This document shows positions 49,894 to 60,311 of a DNA stretch of 64,000 nucleotides, one piece after another. How positions within the stretch are numbered: position 1 is the stretch's first letter; the number at the start of each line of letters is the position of its first letter. This stretch comes from Nitrososphaerota archaeon (GTDB taxonomy: Archaea > Thermoproteota > Nitrososphaeria_A > Caldarchaeales > JAVZCJ01), in the NCBI GenBank assembly GCA_038817485.1, contig JAWAZL010000002.1:2918-66917 (forward strand), written 5' to 3'. The notes beneath the pieces are model-generated. The model did not search any database, was not told the origin of the DNA, and was given only the letters and a program-made list of their open reading frames with translations. The position numbers and the translations under genes were made by a program.

Positions 49894-50523
49894 ATGACTT
49901 TAGAAAACTTAATGAGTATAATAATTGAAGATGCTAAAAAAGAAGCTGAAAATATTATTAAAGAAGCTAATAAAAATGCTGAACAAATAATAGAAAATAG
50001 TAGAAAGAGTGCCTTATCTAAAGCACTAGAAGAAGAAAAAACTTTAATAAGAAAAGCTAAGGAAGAAGCTGAAAATATTAGAAATACAATTTTATCTGAA
50101 GCAAGAATAAAATCTAGTTGGATGATTGTTGATGAAAAAACAAAAATTATTGATGAAGCTATTGAGAAAGCAAAAGTGAAATTAAAAGAATTTACAAAAT
50201 CAAAAGAAAAATATATAGAAATACTTTCAAAATTAATAGTTAATGCAAGTACCACATTGGGTGGTGGAGAATTAGAAGTATTATTAAATAAACAAGATTT
50301 AAAATTACCATTAGATATTAAAAAATTAGAAAAAATAATTGAGGAAAAAACTGGTAAAAAAACTATTTTAAAAATAATCGATGAAGATTTACAAACAATT
50401 GGAGGAGCGATGGTAAGAACTAAGGATAAAAAAATAATTATAAATTATACTTTTGAAGGAATAATCGAAACTCATAAAAGATACTTGCAAAAAGAAGCAT
50501 CAAAAATTTTATTTAGTGAGTGA
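49894..50523 (+). CDS. atpE: A-type ATPase subunit E
   Basis: 209 aa. An N-terminal charged helix is followed by a C-terminal globular domain (TIGGAMVRTKDKKIIINYTFEGIIE). Confidence 0.75.
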   Translation: MTLENLMSIIIEDAKKEAENIIKEANKNAEQIIENSRKSALSKALEEEKTLIRKAKEEAENIRNTILSEARIKSSWMIVDEKTKIIDEAIEKAKVKLKEFTKSKEKYIEILSKLIVNASTTLGGGELEVLLNKQDLKLPLDIKKLEKIIEEKTGKKTILKIIDEDLQTIGGAMVRTKDKKIIINYTFEGIIETHKRYLQKEASKILFSE

Positions 50524-50855
50524 GTCACATGGGAAAAATAGCTGCTATTACAGATGAAGATACCGCGTTAGTTTTTAAATGGATAGGAATTAGGAATAGT
50601 TTTATTGCAAAAGATATAGATGAAGCTAAAAATATTTTAATGGATTTATCTAATAAAAAAGAATACTCATTAATTTTAATTACTGCAAGCATCGCTGAAA
50701 AAATAGAATCTATAATTAATACTATTATTGCTGAGAGAGAATACCCATTAATAGTTATTATTCCAGAAATTGGTCAGCCTACTTATAAAAAAATAGATCC
50801 ACTTAGAGAATTATTAAAAAGAACGATTGGAATAGAGATTAAAACATCAAAATAA
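50520..50855 (+). CDS. atpF: A-type ATPase subunit F
   Basis: 111 aa. The N-terminus is MGKIAAITDEDTALVFKWIGI. Confidence 0.75.
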   Translation: MSHMGKIAAITDEDTALVFKWIGIRNSFIAKDIDEAKNILMDLSNKKEYSLILITASIAEKIESIINTIIAEREYPLIVIIPEIGQPTYKKIDPLRELLKRTIGIEIKTSK

Positions 50856-50868
50856 AGGAGAATAGAAA

Positions 50869-51513
50869 ATGTCTAGAGAAGCTGTTAGAGTTACTCGAAT
50901 GGAGCTTCTTAAGCTTAAGAAAAGTTTAGAAGTTGCGATTAGAGCAAGGAATTTGTTAGAAGAGAAAAGAAATGTTCTTGCAATGGAGTTACTTGATTAT
51001 ATTAAAAAAATGAATTTAGCACAAGAAAAAATTGATGAGAAAATGAAGAACGCTCATAATGCATTTATAGACGCTCAAATGGCTTTAGGTAAAATAGGTA
51101 TTAAAAGCGCAATTGTTTCAATTTCTCCTGAGCGTTTTTCACTTGAAGAAAAATATAGAAGCATTATGGGAATAAGAATACCAATAATAAATTTGATCGA
51201 AAATAAAATACAAATTCCTTATAATTTTTTATCACCCTCATCAAAACTAGATGAATTGGCTCTTCATGTTAATGAAGCAATTAAAGCAATTATAGAAGCA
51301 GCTGAAGCACAAGCTACAATTAAGAAACTTGCAGAAGAATTAAAGAAAATAAAAAGGAGAGTTAATGCTTTAGATCGTATAATTATACCTAGAATAAAAA
51401 ATAGAATCAAGTATATAGAAGAAAGACTTAGTGAAATGGAACGTGAAACGATTTTTAGAATAAAAAGAATAAAATATCTTTTAGAAAAAAGGAAAATTAC
51501 AGAAATTGTTTAA
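50869..51513 (+). CDS. atpD: A-type ATPase subunit D (central stalk)
   Basis: 214 aa. The N-terminus is VRVTRMELLKLKKSLEVAIRARNLLEEKR. Confidence 0.8.
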   Translation: MSREAVRVTRMELLKLKKSLEVAIRARNLLEEKRNVLAMELLDYIKKMNLAQEKIDEKMKNAHNAFIDAQMALGKIGIKSAIVSISPERFSLEEKYRSIMGIRIPIINLIENKIQIPYNFLSPSSKLDELALHVNEAIKAIIEAAEAQATIKKLAEELKKIKRRVNALDRIIIPRIKNRIKYIEERLSEMERETIFRIKRIKYLLEKRKITEIV

Positions 51514-51631
51514 TATTTAAAAATTCATGGAAACGAAAAAGTAGGAAGTAAATTTTTTAATAGATTATTCAATTAAGCTTTCTATAATAAAGGTAAAATT
51601 TTATTTTATTTATTGCAAGTAGATAATCAAT

Positions 51632-51913
51632 TTACGTATTGAATGAAATAAGATCATTCTTAGCTAAATCTTCTAAAATCTTAGTAACTATCTTTTCTAC
51701 ATATCCATTACTTATTTTTAAACCGAGTTTTTCATTAATTTCTAAACTCAATTTTTCAATAATTTGATTAATACTTTTCTTACCATCACATTCTTCCCAT
51801 ATTAGATAATATAGAGATGGTATAATGTATGTTTTATTTTCACTGGATATAGGAATACCTTTTCCATTATTCTCTATAAGTTTTTTATTAACATATTTAT
51901 TAATATTTGTCAT
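51632..51913 (-). CDS. PqqD-like protein (RiPP-recognition-element fold)
   Basis: 93 aa. YIIPSLYYLIWEECDGKKSINQIIEKLSLEINEKLGLKISNGYVEKIVTKILEDLAKNDLISF fits the PqqD family pattern. Confidence 0.5.
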   Translation of the reverse strand: MTNINKYVNKKLIENNGKGIPISSENKTYIIPSLYYLIWEECDGKKSINQIIEKLSLEINEKLGLKISNGYVEKIVTKILEDLAKNDLISFNT

Positions 51914-52100
51914 AATAATTTCGTTATTAATTATATTAAAACTTATATAAATACTTTTAATAAGATTTTTCTTAATATTAATGTTTTGAATTTTACTTTG
52001 ATAAATTTACTTAATTTCCTAAAATACTTAAAATTTATAAATGAAAATATTAAAAAATAAAAATTTATAAATTAATTTTGAGAATATTTGTTAGAAAAAT

Positions 52101-52310
52101 ATGAAGGATAATAGTAAGACTATTAGTACTGATAATGTTTTAGAATATATTAAAGAAAATGAGCCTCTCTGTTTAAGCGACATTTCTAAGAAATTTAATA
52201 TTAGTTGGGCTACTGCAAAAACATTGCTTCTTGAACTTGTTTTACATGGAAAAATAAATATGAAAAAATGCGGTAAAACATGGATTGTATGGATGAAAGA
52301 ATCAAAATAG
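52101..52310 (+). CDS. Small winged-helix DNA-binding protein (copy 1 of a paralogous pair)
   Basis: 69 aa. The 3' 111 nt (52191..52301) are 100 % identical to the reverse complement of 58078..58188. Confidence 0.6.
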   Translation: MKDNSKTISTDNVLEYIKENEPLCLSDISKKFNISWATAKTLLLELVLHGKINMKKCGKTWIVWMKESK

Positions 52311-52398
52311 TATTGAATAACTATAAAGTATTAAAAGGAAAAACTATTTTTATTACATAATTGATTTAAAAGAAACTAAAGAAAAGGTGAGTAAATAA

Positions 52399-52782
52399 TT
52401 GTTGGTAAAAGAAGTAATGAAGAAAAATGTAATTACAATAGATGCTGAAAAAACTATTGAAGAAGCTTGTAAAATAATGGGTGAAAAACATATAGGAAGC
52501 TTGATTGTTACTATTAATGATGAACCTCGTGGAATATTTACAGAAAGAGATTTAGTATCAAAAGTAATTTCTAAGAATATTGATATAAAAAAAGCAAAAG
52601 TTAAAGAATATATGTCATCTCCATTAATTTTTGTAAAGCCCGATATTCATATTAAAGAAGCTGCTAAAATAATGGTTGAAATGCATATACGTAGACTTCC
52701 TGTAATTGAAAATGATAAATTAGTTGGAATTTTTACCTCCTCAGATTTTGTTGAAGCAATTTGTAAATATCCATTTGAATAA
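52399..52782 (+). CDS. Tandem CBS-domain protein
   Basis: 127 aa. Two CBS motifs: ...GSLIVTINDEPRGIFTERDL... and ...RRLPVIENDKLVGIFTSSDF. Confidence 0.7.
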   Translation: MLVKEVMKKNVITIDAEKTIEEACKIMGEKHIGSLIVTINDEPRGIFTERDLVSKVISKNIDIKKAKVKEYMSSPLIFVKPDIHIKEAAKIMVEMHIRRLPVIENDKLVGIFTSSDFVEAICKYPFE

Positions 52783-52798
52783 AAAAAGTGTTAATAAA

Positions 52799-53029
52799 AT
52801 GCGTACAGAAAAAACAAATAAAGAGAATAAGGAATTAGTATGTACAGATTGTGGAAAAGAACTTAGCCCTGATGATTATCTTAAAAAATGGGGCTATTGT
52901 AGATATTGTAATCAACCAGTATGCTTTGATTGTGCACGTTATGTAGGGGTACGTGTAAGAGGTCTTTATCATGACTATATTGAAGCTGTTAGAGTATGCA
53001 GAAAATGTTATCCAAAAAAACCTAGATGA
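52799..53029 (+). CDS. Zn-ribbon protein with four CxxC pairs
   Basis: 76 aa from the internal Met (MRTEKTNK...). CTDCG...CRYCNQPVCFDCARY...CRKC. The called 52724 start overlaps the CBS gene. Confidence 0.5.
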   Translation: MRTEKTNKENKELVCTDCGKELSPDDYLKKWGYCRYCNQPVCFDCARYVGVRVRGLYHDYIEAVRVCRKCYPKKPR

Positions 53030-53145
53030 AGCAAATACTTCATTTAAAATTGTTTTATTCTTTTAAAGCTTTTTATTCATATAAAACTTAATAAATTAGA
53101 AAAAAATAGAACTTTTAAAAATATAGAATAAACAGGTTTATAAAA

Positions 53146-54930
53146 ATGTTAGCTAAAGGTATAATATCAAGAGTTTCTGGTCCAGTAGTTATTGCAAAAA
53201 ATATGTCTAAAGCTCAAATGTATGAACTTGTAAAAGTTGGTGAACTTGAGCTTATAGGAGAAATTATTAGACTTGAGGGAGACAAAGCTACTATACAAGT
53301 ATATGAAGAAACAAGCGGTATAAAACCTGGAGAAAAAGTGGAAGGAACCGGCAAGCCATTATCTGTTGAATTAGGACCTGGATTAATAGGTCAAATATAT
53401 GATGGTGTACAAAGACCATTACCAAGTGTAGCTTCATTGGTGGGGCCATTCATAAAAAGAGGAGTATATGCTCCAGCTTTAAATAGGGATAGAAAATGGC
53501 ATTTTAAACCTCTTATAAAGAAAGGAGAGAAAATTATTGGTGGTGATATTTTAGGAATAGTTCAAGAAACCCCTTTAGTAACACATAAAGTTTTACTTCA
53601 TCCAGAGAAAAATGGTAAAGTAGTTGAAGTTGTACCCGAAGGAGATTATACAGTATTAGATACTATAGCAGTAATCGAAACATTTTCTGGAAAAGAAGAA
53701 ATTAAAATGTTTCATACATGGCCTGTTAGAAAACCTAGACCATTTAAAGAAAGAATGCCAAGTGATGTCCCTCTTATTACTGGACAGAGAATAATAGATA
53801 CGTTTTTCCCTATATGTAAAGGGGGAACTGCAGCTATACCAGGTGGTTTTGGAACTGGAAAAACAGTTATGCAACACCAATTAGCCCAATGGGCAGATGC
53901 TGATATAGTATTATTTATTGGGTGTGGAGAAAGAGGAAATGAAATGGCTGAGGTACTTGAAAGATTTCCAAGTTTAAAAGATCCTAGAAGTGGACAACCA
54001 TTAATGAATAGAACAATACTTGTTGCGAATGTTTCAAATATGCCAATTGCTGCTAGAGAAGCATCTGTATATACTGGAATAACGATGGCTGAATATTATA
54101 GAGATATGGGATATGATATAGCAATGCAAGCAGACTCAACAAGTAGATGGGCTGAAGCATTAAGAGAGGTATCTGGAAGATTAGAAGAAATGCCTGGAGA
54201 AGAAGGTTATCCAGCTTATTTAGCATCTAGGATAGCTGAATTTTATGAAAGAGCTGGAAGAGTAGTTTGTTTAGGAAGTGATTATAGAGTAGGGTCCATT
54301 AGTATAGTTGGAGCAGTTTCTCCTCCAGGAGGAGATTTTTCAGAACCTGTTACACAATGTACATTAAGAATGGTTAAAGTATTTTGGGCTTTAGATACAG
54401 AATTAGCATATAGAAGACATTTTCCAGCAATACATTGGTTAACAAGCTATTCATTATACACTACTTCACTTCAAAAATGGTTTGAAGAAAAAATATCAAA
54501 GGAATGGAATGAATTAAGAGAAAAAGCAATGTATATATTGCAACAAGATGCTGAACTTGAAGAAATAGTTAGATTAGTTGGTCCAGACGCTTTATCTGAT
54601 CCACAAAGAGCAATATTGGAAGCAGCTAAAATGATTAAAGAAGATTATTTAATGCAACATGCATATCATCCAATAGATACTTATTGTCCATTAAATAAAA
54701 GTTATCAAATGTTAAAAACAATAATATACTTTTATGAGAAAATTTCAAATGCTGTTGAAAAAGGAGTCCCTCTTCAAAAAATTTTAGGATTACCCATTAG
54801 AGAAGAAATTGCAAGAATGAAAATACAACCATATGATAAAATAGAAGAAATAGCAAAAAATATTAGACAAAAAATCGATGAAGAAATAAATAATTTACTA
54901 AAAATAAGTATAGAAGCTGAAACTAAATAA
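53146..54930 (+). CDS. atpA: A-type ATPase catalytic subunit A
   Basis: 594 aa. P-loop [10 protein letters not shown], with the A-subunit-specific non-homologous insert. Confidence 0.9.
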   Translation: MLAKGIISRVSGPVVIAKNMSKAQMYELVKVGELELIGEIIRLEGDKATIQVYEETSGIKPGEKVEGTGKPLSVELGPGLIGQIYDGVQRPLPSVASLVGPFIKRGVYAPALNRDRKWHFKPLIKKGEKIIGGDILGIVQETPLVTHKVLLHPEKNGKVVEVVPEGDYTVLDTIAVIETFSGKEEIKMFHTWPVRKPRPFKERMPSDVPLITGQRIIDTFFPICKGGTAAIPGGFGTGKTVMQHQLAQWADADIVLFIGCGERGNEMAEVLERFPSLKDPRSGQPLMNRTILVANVSNMPIAAREASVYTGITMAEYYRDMGYDIAMQADSTSRWAEALREVSGRLEEMPGEEGYPAYLASRIAEFYERAGRVVCLGSDYRVGSISIVGAVSPPGGDFSEPVTQCTLRMVKVFWALDTELAYRRHFPAIHWLTSYSLYTTSLQKWFEEKISKEWNELREKAMYILQQDAELEEIVRLVGPDALSDPQRAILEAAKMIKEDYLMQHAYHPIDTYCPLNKSYQMLKTIIYFYEKISNAVEKGVPLQKILGLPIREEIARMKIQPYDKIEEIAKNIRQKIDEEINNLLKISIEAETK

Positions 54931-54940
54931 CTTTATTTTT

Positions 54941-55573
54941 ATGAAGCATAAAATTATAAAAATAAGAAATACTATAGATAACGATACTATAGAGAAAGTT
55001 AAAAATGTATTAGAAAATGATGGTCTTGTAATTTATCCAACGGATACTTTATATGCTTTAGGTGCAAATGCTTTAAGTAAAGAAGCTATAAAGAAAGTTT
55101 TTGAAATTAAAGGTAGAGATTATAATAAACCAATATCAATAGCTTTGAAAAATTTAGAAGAAGCAAAAAAATATTTTATATTTAATGAAATTGCTGAAAA
55201 AATTGCAAAAAAGTTTCTACCAGGACCTTTAACAATAATTCTACCATCTTATGCTTTACCTAAAGAACTTTCACCTACACAAAAATTTAGTTTTAGAATA
55301 CCTGATAATGAGATCGCTTTAAAAATTTTGAATAGCATAAACTTTCCACTTACTGCAACTTCAGCTAATATTTCAGGAGGTGAAAATCCCATTAATGCTG
55401 AAATTTCAATAAAACAAATTGGAAAATATGTAGACTTGATTTTAGATTGTGGAAAATGTAAATATAGCAAACCTTCAACAGTTATAGATTTGAGTAATGG
55501 TAAAATAGCTCTTGTAAGAGAAGGCGTTATTTCTGTAGAATGCCTTTATTCAGCTTTAAGAACTAATTGTTAA
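54941..55573 (+). CDS. YrdC/Sua5-family threonylcarbamoyl-AMP synthase domain protein (tRNA t6A)
   Basis: 210 aa. YPTDTLYALGANALSKEAIKKVFEIKGRDYNKPISIAL. It lies between atpA and atpB. Confidence 0.65.
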   Translation: MKHKIIKIRNTIDNDTIEKVKNVLENDGLVIYPTDTLYALGANALSKEAIKKVFEIKGRDYNKPISIALKNLEEAKKYFIFNEIAEKIAKKFLPGPLTIILPSYALPKELSPTQKFSFRIPDNEIALKILNSINFPLTATSANISGGENPINAEISIKQIGKYVDLILDCGKCKYSKPSTVIDLSNGKIALVREGVISVECLYSALRTNC

Positions 55574-55665
55574 AAATTGAAAATAAAAAATTTGAAAAAT
55601 AAAATTTTTATGGAAAGATATTTATAAAACAAAATAAGAACAAAATATAGAAAGAGTGAATTAAA

Positions 55666-57090
55666 ATGGTGCTAAAACCAGAAAGAAAGTATCAAACATT
55701 AACAACGATATCTGGTCCATTATTATTTATAGAAGCAACAAAAGATGTGGCTTTTGGAGAACTTGTAGAAATAGAATTACCAAATGGAGAAATAAGGAGA
55801 GGGCAAGTATTAGAAGTAAGTGAAAATAGAGCAATAATACAAGTATTTGAAGGAACAAGCGGACTTGATATAGATAAAACAATAGTGAGATTTACTGGAG
55901 AAACTATAAAAATACCAGTAGCACAAGAAATGATTGGAAGAATATTTGACGGATCTGCAAGACCAATAGATGGAGGCCCACCAATAGTACCAGAAGATGA
56001 AATAGACATACATGGGTCTCCATTAAATCCATATACAAGGGAATATCCAAAAGAACCAATACAAACAGGAATATCAGCAATAGATGGAATGAATACGCTT
56101 GTAAGAGGACAAAAATTACCAATATTTACTGGAACAGGATTGCCACATAATCAATTAGTAGCACAAATAATAAGACAAGCAAAAGTACCTGGTAAAGAAG
56201 AGGAATTTTTAGTAATATTTGCAGCATTAGGAATAACAGCAGATGAAGCAAGATTCTTTAAAGAAGAAACTGAAAAAAGGGGAGCATTGGCAAAAACAAT
56301 AATGATTTTAAATCTTGCAGATGACCCTGCTATTGAAAGAATAATAACGCCAAGAATAGCATTAACAATAGCAGAATATTTAGCATATACTTATGATATG
56401 CACATACTAGTAATATTAAGTGATATGACAAACTATTGTGAAGCATTAAGAGAGATATCAGCAGCAAGAGAAGAAGTGCCTGGAAGAAGAGGATACCCAG
56501 GATACATGTATACAGATTTAGCAACAATATATGAAAGAGCAGGCAGAATACATGGAAGAAAAGGAACGATTACACAAATGCCAGTTGTAACAATGCCTCA
56601 TGATGATATTACACATCCAATTCCCGATCTTACTGGTTATATAACGGAAGGGCAAATATTTTTAGACCGTGGTTTACATCGTAAAGGTATATACCCACCT
56701 ATTGATGTTTTTCCTTCTTTAAGTCGTTTAATGAAGGAAGGTATAGGTAAGGGTTTAACTCGTGAAGATCATCGTGAAGTTAGTGATTGTTTATATTATG
56801 CTTATGCTGAAGGAAGACGTGTGCGTGAATTGATAGCTGTAATAGGAGAAGAAGCTTTAAGTGAAATTGATCGTCTATATTTACGTTTTGCTGATGAATT
56901 TGAACGTCGTTTCATAAATCAAGGTTATTATGAAGATCGTAGTTTTGAAAAAACTTTAGATTTAGGTTGGGAATTACTTAGTATGCTTCCTGAGAGTGAA
57001 TTAAAACGTGCCGATCCTGCTACTATTCGTAAATATTTGCCTAAATATCGTAAAAAAGAAGCTATTACTGAGCCTAGTTTAACCGCTTAA
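55666..57090 (+). CDS. atpB: A-type ATPase subunit B
   Basis: 474 aa regulatory-subunit homologue. Confidence 0.9.
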   Translation: MVLKPERKYQTLTTISGPLLFIEATKDVAFGELVEIELPNGEIRRGQVLEVSENRAIIQVFEGTSGLDIDKTIVRFTGETIKIPVAQEMIGRIFDGSARPIDGGPPIVPEDEIDIHGSPLNPYTREYPKEPIQTGISAIDGMNTLVRGQKLPIFTGTGLPHNQLVAQIIRQAKVPGKEEEFLVIFAALGITADEARFFKEETEKRGALAKTIMILNLADDPAIERIITPRIALTIAEYLAYTYDMHILVILSDMTNYCEALREISAAREEVPGRRGYPGYMYTDLATIYERAGRIHGRKGTITQMPVVTMPHDDITHPIPDLTGYITEGQIFLDRGLHRKGIYPPIDVFPSLSRLMKEGIGKGLTREDHREVSDCLYYAYAEGRRVRELIAVIGEEALSEIDRLYLRFADEFERRFINQGYYEDRSFEKTLDLGWELLSMLPESELKRADPATIRKYLPKYRKKEAITEPSLTA

Positions 57091-57981
57091 TTTTCTATAT
57101 TTAGGAAATATCACTTTAGAGAATTTTTTTAAAACAGTTATAGCCTTATCTGGAGAAACGTTTGTTTGTGAAAAATCAATTATAATAGCGCTTGCATTTA
57201 ATTTAATATATGAATCTATATTTGATATCCATTCTGATGTTTTTTCGCCTACTCCATCTGGATAAGAAAGTGATGGAACTAAAAGAATTTTTCTTCTTCT
57301 TTTATAGCATTTCATTATTTTAATAATCTCATTAGTCATTTCTTTAAATTTTTCCAATGGTGTATCTGTTAAAAAGAGAAAACCACTTCCATATTTTACA
57401 GCAGCTTCAAGTATAATTTTTGAGGATCCGCCAAACCAAATTGGTGGATGGGGTTTTTGTATAGGTTTTGGCCAAAAAGGTGCATTATAAACTTTATAAT
57501 ATTTTCCATCATAAGTTACTTTATCTTCTTTCCAAAGTTTTAATATTATTTCTAATCCCTCTAACATTTTTGAAATTCTTTCTTTATGAGCTTCCCAATT
57601 AAAACCATAAGAAATAGCCTCATCTTTAAACCACCCTGCTCCTACGCCAAAATTAACTCGACCATTAGAAATTATATCCGCTGTTGTTATAATCTTTGCA
57701 AGTTTAGCTGGCATATAAAATGGTATTGGAGAAACGCGAGTTCCTACTCTAATTTTTTTCGTTTGTACCGCTATAGCAGTTAACAAAGTCCAAGCGTCAA
57801 GTTTATTTGGTTTTTTAGGATTTCCTCCTGTTTTTATGTATATTTTTTCTGGAAGATAAAAATGGTCGCCAACCCATAAAGAATTATAGCCTAATTTATC
57901 CGCAATGATAGAAATTTTTACAATATCAGAATAACTATATTTACTATGGGTTGGTAAATGGATGCCAAAACTTAGAAACAA
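57079..57981 (-). CDS. Luciferase-like (LLM) flavin/F420-dependent oxidoreductase
   Basis: 300 aa with GVGAGW. The N-terminus [11 protein letters not shown] matches the LLM start. Confidence 0.65.
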   Translation of the reverse strand: MFLSFGIHLPTHSKYSYSDIVKISIIADKLGYNSLWVGDHFYLPEKIYIKTGGNPKKPNKLDAWTLLTAIAVQTKKIRVGTRVSPIPFYMPAKLAKIITTADIISNGRVNFGVGAGWFKDEAISYGFNWEAHKERISKMLEGLEIILKLWKEDKVTYDGKYYKVYNAPFWPKPIQKPHPPIWFGGSSKIILEAAVKYGSGFLFLTDTPLEKFKEMTNEIIKIMKCYKRRRKILLVPSLSYPDGVGEKTSEWISNIDSYIKLNASAIIIDFSQTNVSPDKAITVLKKFSKVIFPKYRKLSG

Positions 57982-58056
57982 AATATATTCCCCTCTATAT
58001 TTTCATTAATATAATGATTTAATATTTTTGTTTAATAGTTTTTTCATTTAAGATAT

Positions 58057-58278
58057 TTATCCTTTTACTTTAGAACCTTCTTTCATCCATACAATCCATG
58101 TTTTACCGCATTTTTTCATATTTATTTTTCCATGTAAAACAAGTTCAAGAAGCAATGTTTTTGCAGTAGCCCAACTAATATTAAATTTTTCAGAAATGCC
58201 ACTTACACACACAGGTTCATTTTCTTCAATAAATTTTAAAACTTCATTAATATTAACAGATTTCTCATCACTCTTCAT
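58057..58278 (-). CDS. Small winged-helix DNA-binding protein (copy 2)
   Basis: 73 aa. The C-terminal 36 residues are identical to copy 1. The N-terminal part is about 60 % identical. Confidence 0.6.
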   Translation of the reverse strand: MKSDEKSVNINEVLKFIEENEPVCVSGISEKFNISWATAKTLLLELVLHGKINMKKCGKTWIVWMKEGSKVKG

Positions 58279-58462
58279 ATTATTCTTCTAATAAATATTT
58301 CTCATCGTATTTATAAATTTTTCTAATTATTCTAACTATATTTCTATAGATATTTACAATTATGAAAATAATCTCATAAAGCTTAATGTAAAAAATAAAG
58401 TTAGTGTAGTTATCGAGAAAAATATTTAAAGAAGTATTTGTTAATGTATTAACAGAAATATT

Positions 58463-59110
58463 ATGTCAAATATTTATAAAAAGCTCATAGAAGGCTTAGC
58501 AGAATCCGAAAATAATAAGGAGAAATACTATTATTATCTTAAAAGAATTGTTGAAGAAAATGCTAAAATTGTAGGAGATAAAATTATTGCAGATATATAT
58601 TTTAAAGAATTGGCTGCTAAATACCCTCATGATGCTAATGCAATTCTTTTAAAAGAAAAACTTAGAACCTTAAGAAATGAATATGAACGCTTAAAAAAAT
58701 ATAATGGAGGACCTAATTTTAAAAAGGCTTTTTTAATTAAAAGAGAAATTGATAAATTAAAAATATTATTAAAAAAAGAAGAAACTCAAAGTTTTATAAA
58801 ATCTTCTTCTAAATTAGAAAGTATATCTTCTTTCTTAAAAGAAAAAAGTATTAATGAAATTAAAGAAAATGTAGATTCTTTTAAAGATAAATTTTCAAAT
58901 TTTTTAAATAAATTTAATAAAAATTTACCTCCAAGTATTAGTAATAAAGGACAATTAATAGATTCTCTTAATATTCGAAGATGGAGTAATGAAAATGTCT
59001 CACGTTATCTAATGAAAGGTCTTAAGAATGCTTCTATTCATCATAGAAGTTATAAGAAAGTTATGGAAAGATTAGAGAAAGCTAAGAAGGAACGCATATG
59101 GTGGATTTAA
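58463..59110 (+). CDS. Hypothetical K-rich protein
   Basis: 215-aa ORF, no motifs recognised. Confidence 0.35.
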   Translation: MSNIYKKLIEGLAESENNKEKYYYYLKRIVEENAKIVGDKIIADIYFKELAAKYPHDANAILLKEKLRTLRNEYERLKKYNGGPNFKKAFLIKREIDKLKILLKKEETQSFIKSSSKLESISSFLKEKSINEIKENVDSFKDKFSNFLNKFNKNLPPSISNKGQLIDSLNIRRWSNENVSRYLMKGLKNASIHHRSYKKVMERLEKAKKERIWWI

Positions 59111-59156
59111 AAAAATTTCATTATTTCTAAAATTTAAATCAATAAAAGGAAATATT

Positions 59157-60092
59157 TTATTTTCTTAGTAAATCTTGAAAAACAAGTATTCGAACATTCA
59201 TAGGTTTTTTTGTTATTTCTCCAACTCTACTTCCTACTAAATATACTTCTTCATCCATGTTTGAAGCTATATCAACAAGTCTTTGCGTAACAACTCCATC
59301 AAAAACAATATATTTAATATTTTTATAATTCTCGAGTTTTTTAGCTAATTCGCTTACAGGAACTTTTTCAATTATATTTGCTTCATTATCCATTAAATAT
59401 GCGATTAAACTTCCCTCAACTTCTTTAGCAACTTCTAATACGCTACTTGGTAAATCATATTGCTTTCTTTCAATGATTAGACTTTTATATTTTTCCTCTT
59501 TTAGCAATTTTGCCTCCTCAAATGCATCTGCTATTTCTTTTCCAGTAAGCTCTTCTACCTCTTTTCCATACGGCGCTCTTACAATAATGTCTATTTTTAC
59601 CCCCTCATTTAATAATTGCTTTAGTATTAGATCCCCTCCTCTATCACCATCAAGAAAAGCTATAACTCTCTTTTTAGTCTTAGCAATTTCTTTAACAGTT
59701 TCAGGTATTTTTACTCCTTCAACTGCTATAACATTTTTATATCCATGTCTTAAAAGATTTATAACATCTGCTCTACCTTCCACGATTATTAATTCTTCAC
59801 ACTCTTCAATTTCTGGACCTGCAGGAAGTTTTTCTGGCCCATATTCAACAATCTTAGCTTTTACAAGCGCCTCTTCAATCTCTTTTAAAACTTCATCTTC
59901 AATAGGTATTTTCTTCATTTCCCACTCATATAAAATTGCTTTCGCTCTTTCAACAATTTTCTTTCTTTTTTCAGCTCTTACATCATTTATCTTATCTATC
60001 TTAACTTTTGCTGAATACGGTCCAACTCTATCAACAATTTCAAGCATAGCTGCTATTAATGCTGTTGTGCTTCTTTCAAGACTAACTGGCAC
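59157..60092 (-). CDS. dnaG: Archaeal DnaG (Toprim primase/exosome-associated protein), main body. The conserved N-terminal 36 residues plus linker are encoded at 60093..60334 in a different frame (see findings).
   Basis: Toprim motifs IIVEGRADVINLL and IAFLDGDRGGDLI. The upstream segment encodes MSQISTVKYIIEASIEVDGNVDKPDIVGALFGQ and TEGIFSSEFDLRELQRTGRIGRIEV in two frames. Confidence 0.75.
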   Translation of the reverse strand: MPVSLERSTTALIAAMLEIVDRVGPYSAKVKIDKINDVRAEKRKKIVERAKAILYEWEMKKIPIEDEVLKEIEEALVKAKIVEYGPEKLPAGPEIEECEELIIVEGRADVINLLRHGYKNVIAVEGVKIPETVKEIAKTKKRVIAFLDGDRGGDLILKQLLNEGVKIDIIVRAPYGKEVEELTGKEIADAFEEAKLLKEEKYKSLIIERKQYDLPSSVLEVAKEVEGSLIAYLMDNEANIIEKVPVSELAKKLENYKNIKYIVFDGVVTQRLVDIASNMDEEVYLVGSRVGEITKKPMNVRILVFQDLLRK

Positions 60093-60311
60093 GTATATTT
60101 TCCCATGTGTTTTATTTCCTACCTTTTCTACTTCTACCTCTATCCTTCCTATTCTTCCTGTTCTTTGTAATTCCCTTAAATCGAATTCGGAACTAAATAT
60201 GCCCTCTGTTTTCGGCGCATTACTTAGAGTAATGCTTGACCGAAGAGAGCTCCTACAATATCAGGCTTATCAACATTACCATCTACTTCTATACTCGCCT
60301 CTATAATATAT

